From assembly GCA_039738615.1 (NCBI GenBank), contig JBCLLP010000003.1, forward strand, positions 1 to 46,366: a stretch of 46,366 nucleotides of DNA. The letters are read 5' to 3'. This DNA is from Candidatus Saccharimonadia bacterium. GTDB taxonomy: Bacteria > Patescibacteriota > Saccharimonadia > CAILAD01 > BJGX01. Shown here one piece after another: positions 1 through 9,542 of the stretch (positions are counted from its first letter, which is position 1; every line of letters starts with the position of its first letter). A program made the position numbers and the translations under genes. The notes beneath the pieces were generated by a model that was not told the DNA's origin, did not search any database, and was given only the letters and a program-made list of their open reading frames with translations.

Positions 1-1960
1 TAGCAAAATACCACTTCAATATCTCTCGAGTAGCAGGCATGGCAAATATTGACCCTTCGCCAGAGTTTTCAATCATCACTACCGTGGCAATACGAGGATT
101 ACTGGCTGGGGCATAGGAGCTAAACCAAGCATGGGGCTTGGTGCGGGGGTTCTTGCCATCAAATCCTTCCGAGGAAGTCTCTGCTGTACCAGTCTTGCCG
201 GCCACCTGGACAGGTACTTGGGACTTAATCCCGCAGCACGCCGTGCCACCCTGCACCGCCTCCTCCATGCCCTGCTGAACTAAACGAATATTAGCCGGTG
301 ATATAAAATCAGACCTTAATATACTGACTGGAGCAGCCCTGACTATTACCCCATCTTCACTAACAGACTTTAGCAGACGGGGCTTGATAATTTTTCCACC
401 ATTAGCAATAGTGGCATTTGCCACAGCCAGCTGGAGTGGTGTAGCCCGTAAATCACCCTGACCAATAGCGATATTATAGGTATCCCCAACATACCACGAC
501 TCGTTAGTAAGCTTCTTTTTATGCTCAGGAGAAGGTAGGAATCCGGAACCCTCTTCGCTTATGTCAATACCGGTCTTAGAGCCAAAACCAAACTTTGAAT
601 ACCAGTACAAAAGTCGTTTTTCACCCAATCCCTGGAAACCCTCATAGCCTCCACCCAGCACGTAAAAGAAAATATCCGAACTCCACTGTATAGCTCGCAC
701 CACATTAACCACTCCCAGCCCATCTAGCTTCCAGCCCTTAAAAGAATACACCACTGAAGGATCATAGGCATTGTAAATTTCTATTTTGCCCTTGTCTTCT
801 ACGGTAGTAGTTGAATTTATGACATTTTCTTGGAGCCCAGCGACTGCTATAAAGGGCTTTATTACAGACCCCATAGGGTAATCCCCGGATGTAACCCTGT
901 TAAGTAGTGGCTTAGCGTCATTATTTAAAAGTAGATCATAGCTAACCTGGCTAATCCCTTTGGCAAATAGATTTCCGTCATAGCTGGGGTAATTAACAGC
1001 AGCCAATATCTCGCCAGTCTGTGGATCTATGGATACTGCTGAGCCTGCCTTAGAGCCTGAGTTATCTATCTCTGTTTTCAGGGCGTTATAGACCTGCTGC
1101 TGCAGTGCCCAATCAATGCTTAAATTGATATTCTTGCCAGCCTTGGGCTCAATACGGGCCAAGAACCGAACTGGCCGTCCTGACGAGTCTACCTCTACTT
1201 GCTCCCTTCCGGCCACCCCCTTTAGCTCGGATTCATAGCTCTTCTCTACTCCACTCTTGCCTATCACATCAACTAGTCGATATTCTGGATTATCCTTCCA
1301 TTCCTGGGCAGATATTTGCCCAATATATCCCAAGAAATGTGCCAGCTTACCCTCATCAAGATACTCCCGCTGTGGAGTTGTCTCTAGTGATAAGCCCGGG
1401 AGGTAGCGTAGCTTTTCTTCTATCTGAAGTGATTTGTCACGTTCTATGTTGCTAGACATTACATATTCTGGCTGGTCATTTTTTTTAATATTTGATAAGT
1501 TAGCGAGAATTTCATCGGCCGGGATGCCTAATATTGGTGCTAATTGCTGGCTCATTTGTACTAAATCGTCCGGGGACTTGGGTAGCTGGGAAGGTGTGGC
1601 TATTAAATCAAACCTAGCAATATTACGCGCCAATAGTACTCCGTTACGGTCATATATTGCACCCCTCGGTGCTGGAATGATGGTGGTTCTAATGCGATTA
1701 CCATTGGCCAAGAGTGAATTATACTGCCCATGTACAATCTGAAGCTCAAAGAGCCTCCATGATAGTAAGATAGCTACCACAAATACTCCAATCAGTAATG
1801 CCGGATATACATGCCTACTGACCCTGCCTTCGCTGGCCGTAAGATCGCTAGAGCCAGACAAGATAGCGGCGCTCCAGTCCTCACTCTGAGATACCATTAA
1901 CTCTTTTTTATTACGCTGGAATTTGATTGGCTTTTGATAAAATTCGCCGAATATACTCAT
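1..1960 (-). CDS. mrdA: Penicillin-binding protein 2 (class B transpeptidase); 3' end runs off the window
   Basis: Hand translation from ATG 1960: N-terminal TM, IPAPRGAIYDRNG dimerisation motif, GSVIKP (SxxK), WSSD (SxD), AGKTGTAE (KTG). Lies directly downstream of mreBCD. Confidence 0.93.
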   Translation of the reverse strand, partial: MSIFGEFYQKPIKFQRNKKELMVSQSEDWSAAILSGSSDLTASEGRVSRHVYPALLIGVFVVAILLSWRLFELQIVHGQYNSLLANGNRIRTTIIPAPRGAIYDRNGVLLARNIARFDLIATPSQLPKSPDDLVQMSQQLAPILGIPADEILANLSNIKKNDQPEYVMSSNIERDKSLQIEEKLRYLPGLSLETTPQREYLDEGKLAHFLGYIGQISAQEWKDNPEYRLVDVIGKSGVEKSYESELKGVAGREQVEVDSSGRPVRFLARIEPKAGKNINLSIDWALQQQVYNALKTEIDNSGSKAGSAVSIDPQTGEILAAVNYPSYDGNLFAKGISQVSYDLLLNNDAKPLLNRVTSGDYPMGSVIKPFIAVAGLQENVINSTTTVEDKGKIEIYNAYDPSVVYSFKGWKLDGLGVVNVVRAIQWSSDIFFYVLGGGYEGFQGLGEKRLLYWYSKFGFGSKTGIDISEEGSGFLPSPEHKKKLTNESWYVGDTYNIAIGQGDLRATPLQLAVANATIANGGKIIKPRLLKSVSEDGVIVRAAPVSILRSDFISPANIRLVQQGMEEAVQGGTACCGIKSQVPVQVAGKTGTAETSSEGFDGKNPRTKPHAWFSSYAPASNPRIATVVMIENSGEGSIFAMPATREILKWYFA

Positions 1961-1965
1961 ATCGG

Positions 1966-2466
1966 CTACCTCACCACCCTAGAACGATTGTCGCGACTGG
2001 CCCATTGGGATATCTGGCTTAATAATATATACCATATCAGTCCGGTCATAGTAGTCAATAAAACATAGCCAGCTACTTGCTGGGCTAGCTGCCAGGCTGG
2101 GCTAGAGTTTAAAAGTGGTAGTGTTATTACTACTCCCGGGACTATAGATACTATAGCTAAATACAATATCGGGCGCCACCAAGAATAATCTCGCTCGCCG
2201 AATTTGAGCAAGTACTTGCTGATAATGCTAACTAACAAATAAAAGCCCAAATAAAATCCAAAGTCACCAGCAGCATACAAATCACTGCTTAAACCAGCTA
2301 GTAATGATAGCCACATCAGCTGTTCGGTCTTAGCTTGCAAGCTCGCCACCACAATAAAACTCAGGACAATATTAGCCGTTAGGCCATCTACCTGCCAGCT
2401 CTGCAAGAAGAAAAACTGCAACCCAATACTAACCAGTAGAGCGGTGGCTAATAATGCTGCCTTCAC
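1966..2466 (-). CDS. mreD: Rod shape-determining protein MreD
   Basis: 166-aa multi-TM protein between mreC and mrdA; GL..DLY..G.FG pattern. Confidence 0.75.
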   Translation of the reverse strand: MKAALLATALLVSIGLQFFFLQSWQVDGLTANIVLSFIVVASLQAKTEQLMWLSLLAGLSSDLYAAGDFGFYLGFYLLVSIISKYLLKFGERDYSWWRPILYLAIVSIVPGVVITLPLLNSSPAWQLAQQVAGYVLLTTMTGLIWYILLSQISQWASRDNRSRVVR

Positions 2467-3260
2467 TGCTTTAACCCAGTCACTATAAAAACTATTTCTA
2501 AGGTTTCTATTCTGACTAAAGGCCTAAGCTGAGCTGACTGGAAAACTGCATTATCACTTTTTTGTACTGATTCTACCTGGCCTACCAATATACCCCTCGG
2601 AACTAGCCCAGAACCTGCAGTAATCACCAATTCCCCACTCGCTAGCGACTCGGCCTGGGTGATTTTTTCAAACAGATAGCCCTGCCCTAACTGACCCCGA
2701 ACAATCCCTTGGGCTCGACCATCCTGACCGATTGCTCTTATCCTAAACTCTGGGTCAGATATCAAAAAAACCTTTGCGCTATAATTATCAACCTGATCTA
2801 CTGTGCCTACTAGGACGCCAGAAGACACTACCGCCATCCCAGCAGTAATGCCACTATTCTTGCCCCTATCAATTGTAATAAACTTACGCAGGCTAGTTCC
2901 TTCGCTTGATACTACACGGCTGGCCACCAAGTCTAGTGAGAGGCGCTGATTAAAATTAAGCTGGTTTCGTAATTCAACATTCTCATTAGCAATTTCCTTA
3001 AGGCTGGAAAGTTGGTTTTTTAATGCTAGTAGCTCAGCAGACAACGCCTTGTTCTGGCCAGCAAGCTCGCTAGCTTTGGTGGCTATCTCGATATTGCTCC
3101 TTATCCCCCTGCCAAGCTGACTAATCCCAGCCCCAATCGGATTAATAAGCTGGTCATTAATAACCCTAAATGGCCAAAAGCCACCAGCATAGCGAAGACC
3201 TACTACCATCAGAGCTAGCGTGCAAATAATTATTACAGTAATGGAATATTGGCGTTTCAT
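2463..3260 (-). CDS. mreC: Rod shape-determining protein MreC
   Basis: N-terminal TM, coiled coil ending ENVELR..L, ITIDRG…GMAVV…LVG beta domain; follows mreB. Confidence 0.92.
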   Translation of the reverse strand: MKRQYSITVIIICTLALMVVGLRYAGGFWPFRVINDQLINPIGAGISQLGRGIRSNIEIATKASELAGQNKALSAELLALKNQLSSLKEIANENVELRNQLNFNQRLSLDLVASRVVSSEGTSLRKFITIDRGKNSGITAGMAVVSSGVLVGTVDQVDNYSAKVFLISDPEFRIRAIGQDGRAQGIVRGQLGQGYLFEKITQAESLASGELVITAGSGLVPRGILVGQVESVQKSDNAVFQSAQLRPLVRIETLEIVFIVTGLKQ

Positions 3261-3270
3261 TGTTGCCCCC

Positions 3271-4323
3271 TTAGTATGGTGCCTTCTCGTACTGAGTTGA
3301 GACTAGCACGTCCTTAAGGCTATCAAGATCCTCTAAAACCATGCCCGTGCCCCTTGCTACCGATGTTAATGGGTCCTCAACAATATGAACGGGCATATTA
3401 GTTTGCTGTGACAATAGCACGTCAAGTCCCCGCAATAAGGCACCCCCACCAGCCAAATGCATACCTTTATCCATGATGTCGGCTAGTAACTCAGGTGGGG
3501 TCTCTTCAATAGTGTATTTAACTGCATCAACAATTGCACGGATACTTTTTGCTAAAGCTGCTCTAATTTGATTGGAATTTACAATCATTTCCTTGGGCAA
3601 GCCACTTATCATATCCCTACCTCTTACTGGAGCTTCTAGAGTTTTTTTGAGCTTTATAGCCGAGCCTATATTGATTTTGATGGTTTCGGCTGTTCGCTCA
3701 CCGATATGTAGGCTAAACTCGTCCTTACAATAATTTATAATATCCTCAGTCAGCTCATCGCCTGCGACGCGAATAGACCGGCTAGCCACAATTCCACCAA
3801 GGCTAATTACAGCCACCTCGCTGGTACCGCCACCTATATCTACAATCATACTTCCCTCGGCATCATGAATGGCCAGGCCACCACCAACGGCTGCGGCCAT
3901 AGGCTCTTCAATCAAAAAAGCCTGCCTTGCTCCAGCGTTAGTTACAGCATCCTCCACCGCCCTTCTTTCAACTTCAGTGACTCCAGAGGGTATGCCAATT
4001 ACAACGCGGGGCCTAGGAAATAATACGAAGCTCTCGCGATGGACCTTTTCTATAAAGTACCTTAACATTTGTTCGGTAATCTCAAAGTCACTGACTACGC
4101 CATCTACTAGCGGTCGGGTAGCAATAATATTGGCTGGCGTCTTACCGACCATTCTTTTGGCCTCATCGCCAATAGCCAGAATTTGGTGATTCTTGGTATT
4201 AATGGCTACTACCGAGGGCTCACTAATAACTATGCCCTTGCCCCGAACATAAATAAGCGTGTTGGCAGTACCTAAGTCAATGCCAATATCATGTGAGAAT
4301 CTACCTAGGATTGCGTCTATCAT
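3271..4323 (-). CDS. mreB: Actin-like rod shape protein MreB
   Basis: DIGIDLGTANT, EEPMAAA, VDIGGGT, LAGGGALL motifs. Confidence 0.98.
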   Translation of the reverse strand: MIDAILGRFSHDIGIDLGTANTLIYVRGKGIVISEPSVVAINTKNHQILAIGDEAKRMVGKTPANIIATRPLVDGVVSDFEITEQMLRYFIEKVHRESFVLFPRPRVVIGIPSGVTEVERRAVEDAVTNAGARQAFLIEEPMAAAVGGGLAIHDAEGSMIVDIGGGTSEVAVISLGGIVASRSIRVAGDELTEDIINYCKDEFSLHIGERTAETIKINIGSAIKLKKTLEAPVRGRDMISGLPKEMIVNSNQIRAALAKSIRAIVDAVKYTIEETPPELLADIMDKGMHLAGGGALLRGLDVLLSQQTNMPVHIVEDPLTSVARGTGMVLEDLDSLKDVLVSTQYEKAPY

Positions 4324-4362
4324 AGCTATTAGTTTAGCAACTCAACCTATTGATGACCAGAG

Positions 4363-5439
4363 TTAAAGTCGTGAGATATCAGAAATTGTCACAATTACCA
4401 CTAGAATAATCAAAAAACTAAAGCCCAGCCAGTGAATTAAGGCCTCCCGCTTAGGGGGGATTTTAACCCCCAGCCTGGCAAGTGTCATCATGGCAAATCG
4501 CCCTCCGTCTAGGGCTGGCAGAGGCAAGGCATTAATTACAGCCAGGCTTAATGATATTGATGCCACAAAAATTAGCACAAACTTCCATCCAAACTGCACC
4601 ACTGAACCAAAAATACTGACAATTCCTACTGGGCCCGCTACTCCTGCGCTTACCTGGGCTTTCGTAAATAGCCCCACTATAAACCCACCAAAAGCAGATA
4701 GAGTGGCCAGTGCTAACTGGAATAGTCCGATACCAGCCGCAACGAAGGCCACTAGCGGGTTATAGTAGGCCATATCAACTACTTGCCCGGCCAGCCCCAG
4801 ATAGCCTTTAGTGCTATCAGTGCCTAGCTGGGTAGCCACCACAGACATATTTCCGCCTTTGCGGATAGTTAGCTCAACGCTTTTCCCGGCATTAGATTTT
4901 GTAAAATCTTGGAGCTGTTGAGAGCTCACTAGAGCAGTATTGTTGATTGCTAATACTTCAGTACCTGGCGTAATGCCTGCTCTGTGGGCAGCTGAGTCCT
5001 TGGATACATTCATTACCAGCAGAGGAGATGCTACCACCCTGGTTGGTTTTATTGGGCCAACTGCTACAGTGCCATTTGGCAATAGCGCGGGCAGGCCCGT
5101 AACCATTAGAATATAAATAATAAAATAGGCTATTATTAGATTTACAGTCACCCCAGCTAGGACAATTTTGGCCTTAGCCTTGTAAGGCTTGGCCGAAAAA
5201 CTTCCTTTCGAACTATCCGCACTATCTTCGCCCCGCAACCTTACAAACCCACCAAACGGTAATAAATTAATGCTGTAGAGTGTGCCGGCCTTACTCTTGC
5301 GGCCATATAGCTTGGGAGGGAAGCCAAGGCCAAATTCATCTACTTTAACGCCATTACGACGAGCCGCTATAAGATGCCCTAGCTCATGAGCAATAATTAG
5401 TAACGAGAATATTACTATTACCAGCAGGATACTAAACAC
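4363..5439 (-). CDS. rseP: RseP-like M50 intramembrane zinc metalloprotease with PDZ domain
   Basis: HELGH, FGLGFPP, LLPFGGFV, NALPLPALDGG motifs; follows uppS. Confidence 0.93.
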   Translation of the reverse strand: MFSILLVIVIFSLLIIAHELGHLIAARRNGVKVDEFGLGFPPKLYGRKSKAGTLYSINLLPFGGFVRLRGEDSADSSKGSFSAKPYKAKAKIVLAGVTVNLIIAYFIIYILMVTGLPALLPNGTVAVGPIKPTRVVASPLLVMNVSKDSAAHRAGITPGTEVLAINNTALVSSQQLQDFTKSNAGKSVELTIRKGGNMSVVATQLGTDSTKGYLGLAGQVVDMAYYNPLVAFVAAGIGLFQLALATLSAFGGFIVGLFTKAQVSAGVAGPVGIVSIFGSVVQFGWKFVLIFVASISLSLAVINALPLPALDGGRFAMMTLARLGVKIPPKREALIHWLGFSFLIILVVIVTISDISRL

Positions 5440-6131
5440 TACAGGCCAAACCTTCTGTGGCGATTATTATATTCGCTTAAAACCTCATTTAACTCTTTTA
5501 CGCCAAAGGCTGGCCAGTGCATTGGCACAAACTCTAATTCGGCATAAGCACTATCCCATAATAAAAAATTACTCAGCCGTTGCTCGCCAGAGGTCCGGAC
5601 AATATAATCTACCGCTGGCAGCTCGGGTTGGTACAAATAGCTTCTAATAAGCTCTGGGGTAATATCCTGGACACTAACATGGTCTTTAGTGAGCTTCTTA
5701 AATGCGTCGGCTATCTCTTGCTGGCCACCGTAATTAAAGCAAAGATTAATAGTGCCTTTGCGATTTTTAGAAGTTTGCCTTCTAGACTCGTCAATGGCAG
5801 CCAGTATCTTAGCATCTAGCCTCTCCCTTGAACCAGACACCACAACTCGCACGCCTTTTTTGGTAAGCTCCTCAAGCTCGCTGGTAAATATTTTCAGTGC
5901 CAGGTCCATAAGATAGCTAACCTCCTTGGCATCTCGATTCCAATTCTCAATGGAGAATATATATGCCGAGACAACCTCTATGCCCCTATCAAAACAGCTC
6001 TGGGCAATAGTCTTAATATTCTCGTAGCCTTTTTTATGTCCTGCTAGCTTAGGGAGGCCTTTACTAGTAGCCCAGCGCCTATTACCGTCACAAATAAAAG
6101 CTATGTGTTTAGGTAGGCTAGTAGTTTCCAT
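5439..6131 (-). CDS. uppS: Undecaprenyl diphosphate synthase (cis-prenyltransferase)
   Basis: PKHIAFICDGNRRWA, FSIENW, NYGG, RTSGEQRLSNFLLW. Confidence 0.97.
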   Translation of the reverse strand: METTSLPKHIAFICDGNRRWATSKGLPKLAGHKKGYENIKTIAQSCFDRGIEVVSAYIFSIENWNRDAKEVSYLMDLALKIFTSELEELTKKGVRVVVSGSRERLDAKILAAIDESRRQTSKNRKGTINLCFNYGGQQEIADAFKKLTKDHVSVQDITPELIRSYLYQPELPAVDYIVRTSGEQRLSNFLLWDSAYAELEFVPMHWPAFGVKELNEVLSEYNNRHRRFGL

Positions 6132-6145
6132 GGCATATCAGTCCG

Positions 6146-6706
6146 CTAGACTGTCATTAATTCCTGCTCTTTAACAACTACTACTGCTTGAATCTTTTTA
6201 TGATAGTTATCCACCAGAGCATCTAGGTCTTTCTGGAGCTTTATAGCTTGATCCTGGGTTAGTTCCTTAGCTTTTTGATTAGTTTTGGCTGTGTTAAGTG
6301 CTTCATGGCGAGCATTCCTAATGCTAACATTAGCAGCCTCAGCCTTTTCTTTCACGACCTTGGCTAATTGCGTTCTAGTTTCTTCTGACAAGGCCGGCAA
6401 GATTATTCTAATGACTCGGCCGTCGCTACTTGGGTTGAGGCCTAGGTTTTTAGCTTCCGAAATAGCTTTTTCAATAAAGCCTAGGTTACCTTGATCCCAG
6501 GGTTGGATTTGAATTGATTTAGCATCAGGAGTGGTAATGGTGGCAATTGCCTTTAAGGGCATGCTCTGGCCATACACTTCCACCCTAATGCTATCCACCA
6601 GGCCAGTACTTGCTCGCCCCGATCGCAGGCCTACAAGCTCACTACCTAGATGCTCTAAAGCGTCCTTGAATTTATCCTCGGCTTGCTTAAAAAGTTGTGT
6701 ATCCAT
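6146..6706 (-). CDS. frr: Ribosome recycling factor
   Basis: LRSGRAS, IQPWD, P.L.EE.R..L.K, SIRNAR motifs; follows tsf. Confidence 0.97.
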   Translation of the reverse strand: MDTQLFKQAEDKFKDALEHLGSELVGLRSGRASTGLVDSIRVEVYGQSMPLKAIATITTPDAKSIQIQPWDQGNLGFIEKAISEAKNLGLNPSSDGRVIRIILPALSEETRTQLAKVVKEKAEAANVSIRNARHEALNTAKTNQKAKELTQDQAIKLQKDLDALVDNYHKKIQAVVVVKEQELMTV

Positions 6707-6730
6707 ATATTCCTATTATAACTGATAGCG

Positions 6731-7321
6731 CTATTGTGTGCCACCCATTTCCATCCGCGAAAACCTTCGGATTACAATGTTTTCTCCAAGCCTTACTACT
6801 AGTGCCTGCCTGACTTGCTCGATAGTCTGGGTGGGATCCTTAACGAATGGCTGGCTACTAAGACAGACCTCCTGGTGCCACTTATTCATTTTTCCGGCAA
6901 TGATTTTTTGGGCCTGCTCGGCGGGCCTACCACTGGCTAGCACCTCGGCTTTGGCAATTTCTTCCTCTCGCTTACTATCAGCCGACGGAATTTGCTCGGC
7001 ATCAAGGTAGATGGGATTAAGGCCAGCGATATGAATGGCAATGTCTTTAGTGAATTTCTTGAAGTCGTCTGTCCTGGCTACAAAATCTGTTTCGCAGTTA
7101 ATCTCTACTAATACTCCAATTTTGCCGCCATGCACATAGCTCTCAATCACGCCTTCGGTAGCGTTTCTATCGGACTTTTGGGCGGCCTTAGCTAGTCCTT
7201 TTTTGCGCAATACAACGATTGCTTTATCATAATCACCACCAGCCTCATCAAGTGCAGCCTTGGTGTCCATCATGCCTGCGCCGGTTGCTTCACGTAGTTT
7301 TTTAATATCTTCAATACTCAA
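6731..7321 (-). CDS. tsf: Elongation factor Ts (short form)
   Basis: IKKLREATGAGMMD, EINCETDFVA, GENIVIRRF; RBS AGGAGG upstream. Confidence 0.98.
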   Translation of the reverse strand: MSIEDIKKLREATGAGMMDTKAALDEAGGDYDKAIVVLRKKGLAKAAQKSDRNATEGVIESYVHGGKIGVLVEINCETDFVARTDDFKKFTKDIAIHIAGLNPIYLDAEQIPSADSKREEEIAKAEVLASGRPAEQAQKIIAGKMNKWHQEVCLSSQPFVKDPTQTIEQVRQALVVRLGENIVIRRFSRMEMGGTQ

Positions 7322-7337
7322 TTATTTGTCCTCCTGA

Positions 7338-8153
7338 TTATTTTTGATGGCTTCCTTCTAAAGCTGATTCGGCAGTTTTAGCATGGTAGAATTCATGACC
7401 CCGCATAGTGGCTTCGGCGATTAATGTAGTCACCATTTGGATTGTCTTAACAGCATCATCATTGGCGGCAATTGGATAGGTAATAAGCTCTGGGTTGGTG
7501 TTAGTGTCGCAGATAGCAACAACTGGGATATTGAGCTTATTGGCTTCGCTAACGGCAATATTATCTCGCATTATATCTACTACAAACACCAAGGCCGGGC
7601 GGGTGGGCATACCAGCTATGCCTCCAAATACGCGGCTGAGCTTAGCCATTTCATTCTCTTGGTCTGCTCGCTCTTTCTTGGTCCCCCCAAGATTGCCTTC
7701 GGCTATATCGTTTTGAAGCTTCTTAAGCCTGCTGACTCGGGTCTGGATAGTTTCAAGATTAGTGAGCATTCCACCTAGCCAGCGATTAGTAACATAGGGC
7801 ATACCGGTATCCTTGGCGGCTTTTTCAATAATTAATCTAGCCTGCCTTTTGGTACCCACAAATAGTACTTGGCCGCCCATTTTAGCTGTTGCTTCGGTGA
7901 ACTTTATGGCATCTAGTAGCTGCTGATAAGTTTTTGTAAGATCAATGATATGAACACCCCCACGAGATCCATATATGTAGGGCTTCATTTTAGGGTTCCA
8001 GCGGGACTTGTTGTGCCCAAAGTGGGCTCCTGATTCTAGTAACTGCTTGAGCAGCTGATCGGCTGGCTTGACAGTGCTAACATCCTTGGCGCTAGACTTG
8101 GGCTTAATTGTTGTTTTTTTAATTTTAGCTTGGGGCTTAACAGGTTTAAGCAT
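7338..8153 (-). CDS. rpsB: 30S ribosomal protein S2 with Lys-rich N-terminal extension
   Basis: GAHFGH, WNPKM, FVGTK.QA, RWLGGMLTN, DTN, ANDDA motifs; RBS AGGAG. Confidence 0.98.
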   Translation of the reverse strand: MLKPVKPQAKIKKTTIKPKSSAKDVSTVKPADQLLKQLLESGAHFGHNKSRWNPKMKPYIYGSRGGVHIIDLTKTYQQLLDAIKFTEATAKMGGQVLFVGTKRQARLIIEKAAKDTGMPYVTNRWLGGMLTNLETIQTRVSRLKKLQNDIAEGNLGGTKKERADQENEMAKLSRVFGGIAGMPTRPALVFVVDIMRDNIAVSEANKLNIPVVAICDTNTNPELITYPIAANDDAVKTIQMVTTLIAEATMRGHEFYHAKTAESALEGSHQK

Positions 8154-8266
8154 ATTTTCTCCTTTTTCACCTACTGATCTTTCCCGAGAGGGAGGAGTTG
8201 GCGACCAATATGTTTCGTTAAATTATTTTGCTTGATTATAATATCAGATTAGAAGCTTTTATTCAA
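8154..8266 (-). promoter_or_regulatory. rpsB promoter (TTGAAT-17-TATTAT, overlapping TATAAT) and structured 5' leader
   Basis: -35 at 8261-8266. Leader stem UAUUGGUC/GAUCAGUA (8203-8210/8172-8179) encloses a CCC-UCUC-GGG hairpin and a CUCCU anti-SD. Confidence 0.55.
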
Positions 8267-8268
8267 GT

Positions 8269-8300
8269 AAAAATCCCGCCCTGACTTTGTCAGAGCGGGA
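8269..8300 (-). terminator. Intrinsic terminator of the 8290-8583 gene
   Basis: Minus strand TCCCGCTCTGAC-AAA-GTCAGGGCGGGA followed by TTTTT. Confidence 0.8.
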
Positions 8301-8583
8301 TAGGAATAAGAATAATTTTAGCCACTCGGAAAGTCCGAGGTCCGATATTTACAACCTCGCTAGATTGTAATTCGAATCCCTTGGCGGGCGGCAATATGCT
8401 GGGCAAAACTTCTGCCACCAGCTCTAGCTCTTTAATACTAGATAAGCTATAAAAGCTCATCATTGGCGAGCCACTGTGGGGTTCTATAAACTCCACCGTG
8501 AAAGCATCTATGAAGTCTCCATAGAGCATTTCTTTGAGCATGCGTAAAATGCTTTTCCAGCTATCTATTTTGTCAATTACCAC
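8290..8583 (-). CDS. Hypothetical protein (97 aa)
   Basis: GTG start with strong RBS AGGAGGTGA; own promoter and terminator; no recognisable motif. Confidence 0.7.
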   Translation of the reverse strand: MVIDKIDSWKSILRMLKEMLYGDFIDAFTVEFIEPHSGSPMMSFYSLSSIKELELVAEVLPSILPPAKGFELQSSEVVNIGPRTFRVAKIILIPIPL

Positions 8584-8617
8584 CTTATCACCTCCTTAGG
8601 GCTTGATGGTGCGTGTA

Positions 8618-8646
8618 ATACTACAATACTACTGCTATGGTGTCAA
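8618..8646 (-). promoter_or_regulatory. Sigma70 promoter TTGACA-17-TAGTAT
   Basis: Exact -35, 17-bp spacer, upstream of the 8583 start. Confidence 0.75.
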
Positions 8647-8653
8647 TAGATAA

Positions 8654-9502
8654 TTACCTTAGGATGCACTTAGTTACAACTTTGGAGAATTCTTTTGGCT
8701 CAAGCACCGGAAACTGATGGCTACCATTAAGCTCAATTAGATTGGCATTTTCTATTAAACTAGCAAGCCTAATTATGTTTGCTTTTAATACAGCCCTATC
8801 CTTATCGGTGTTAATTATAAAAACAGGTATTTTGAGTGCTTCCAGCCCTTCCAGGCACCGTTGGTTTTGAATTGAATTTTTAATACTCTGGAGATATGCA
8901 TGGTGGTCAATATGATCTAGATCATAGCTACTAAATACCTTCTTCCCAATCTTTTGCTTGGCGTACCTTGGTAAAATTTTATTGCGAACTAGCTTAGATT
9001 TATGGGCGGTGGCAAGGACTCTGCGGTGGAGCTCGTTTTTGATATTATCAGAGACATCCCTATAACGGCCCTGGATAATTTTGGATTGGGACTTATCAAG
9101 GATTATAGGTATATTAGTAAGCACCAGCTTGCCGACTTTGCGGGGATAGCGTTTGGCAAATTCTAATGCCACTAATGCACCTAGTGAGTGCCCGGCCAAA
9201 TATATTCTACCGTACACACGATCGTTCCAGAGCGCCTGGCGCAAAGCGTCGGCCTGCTGCCACAAATAGTACTCTAGCTGGTCAGGGCGAGGCGATTCAC
9301 CAAAGCCCAATAAATCGTAGCTAATAACCAAGAAGTTTTTGCCTAAGAATTGTGACGGCTGAGCCCAATATCGGCCCGAGGATCCCAGCCCATGCAACAT
9401 AATAAGCTTCTTGCCAAACCCATACCTAAATTGTTCGTGGCAAGCCAAATTATCTTTTGGAATCAAATTAAAAATATTATATGGCCTGGTGACGGCTTCC
9501 AT
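8654..9502 (-). CDS. Alpha/beta-fold hydrolase
   Basis: LHGLG, YDLLGFGES, GHSLG nucleophile elbow, C-terminal GSH. Confidence 0.9.
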   Translation of the reverse strand: MEAVTRPYNIFNLIPKDNLACHEQFRYGFGKKLIMLHGLGSSGRYWAQPSQFLGKNFLVISYDLLGFGESPRPDQLEYYLWQQADALRQALWNDRVYGRIYLAGHSLGALVALEFAKRYPRKVGKLVLTNIPIILDKSQSKIIQGRYRDVSDNIKNELHRRVLATAHKSKLVRNKILPRYAKQKIGKKVFSSYDLDHIDHHAYLQSIKNSIQNQRCLEGLEALKIPVFIINTDKDRAVLKANIIRLASLIENANLIELNGSHQFPVLEPKEFSKVVTKCILR

Positions 9503-9542
9503 TGTCCTTAAGCTCCTTGCTGTTTAATTCTACAAGTCTTCA

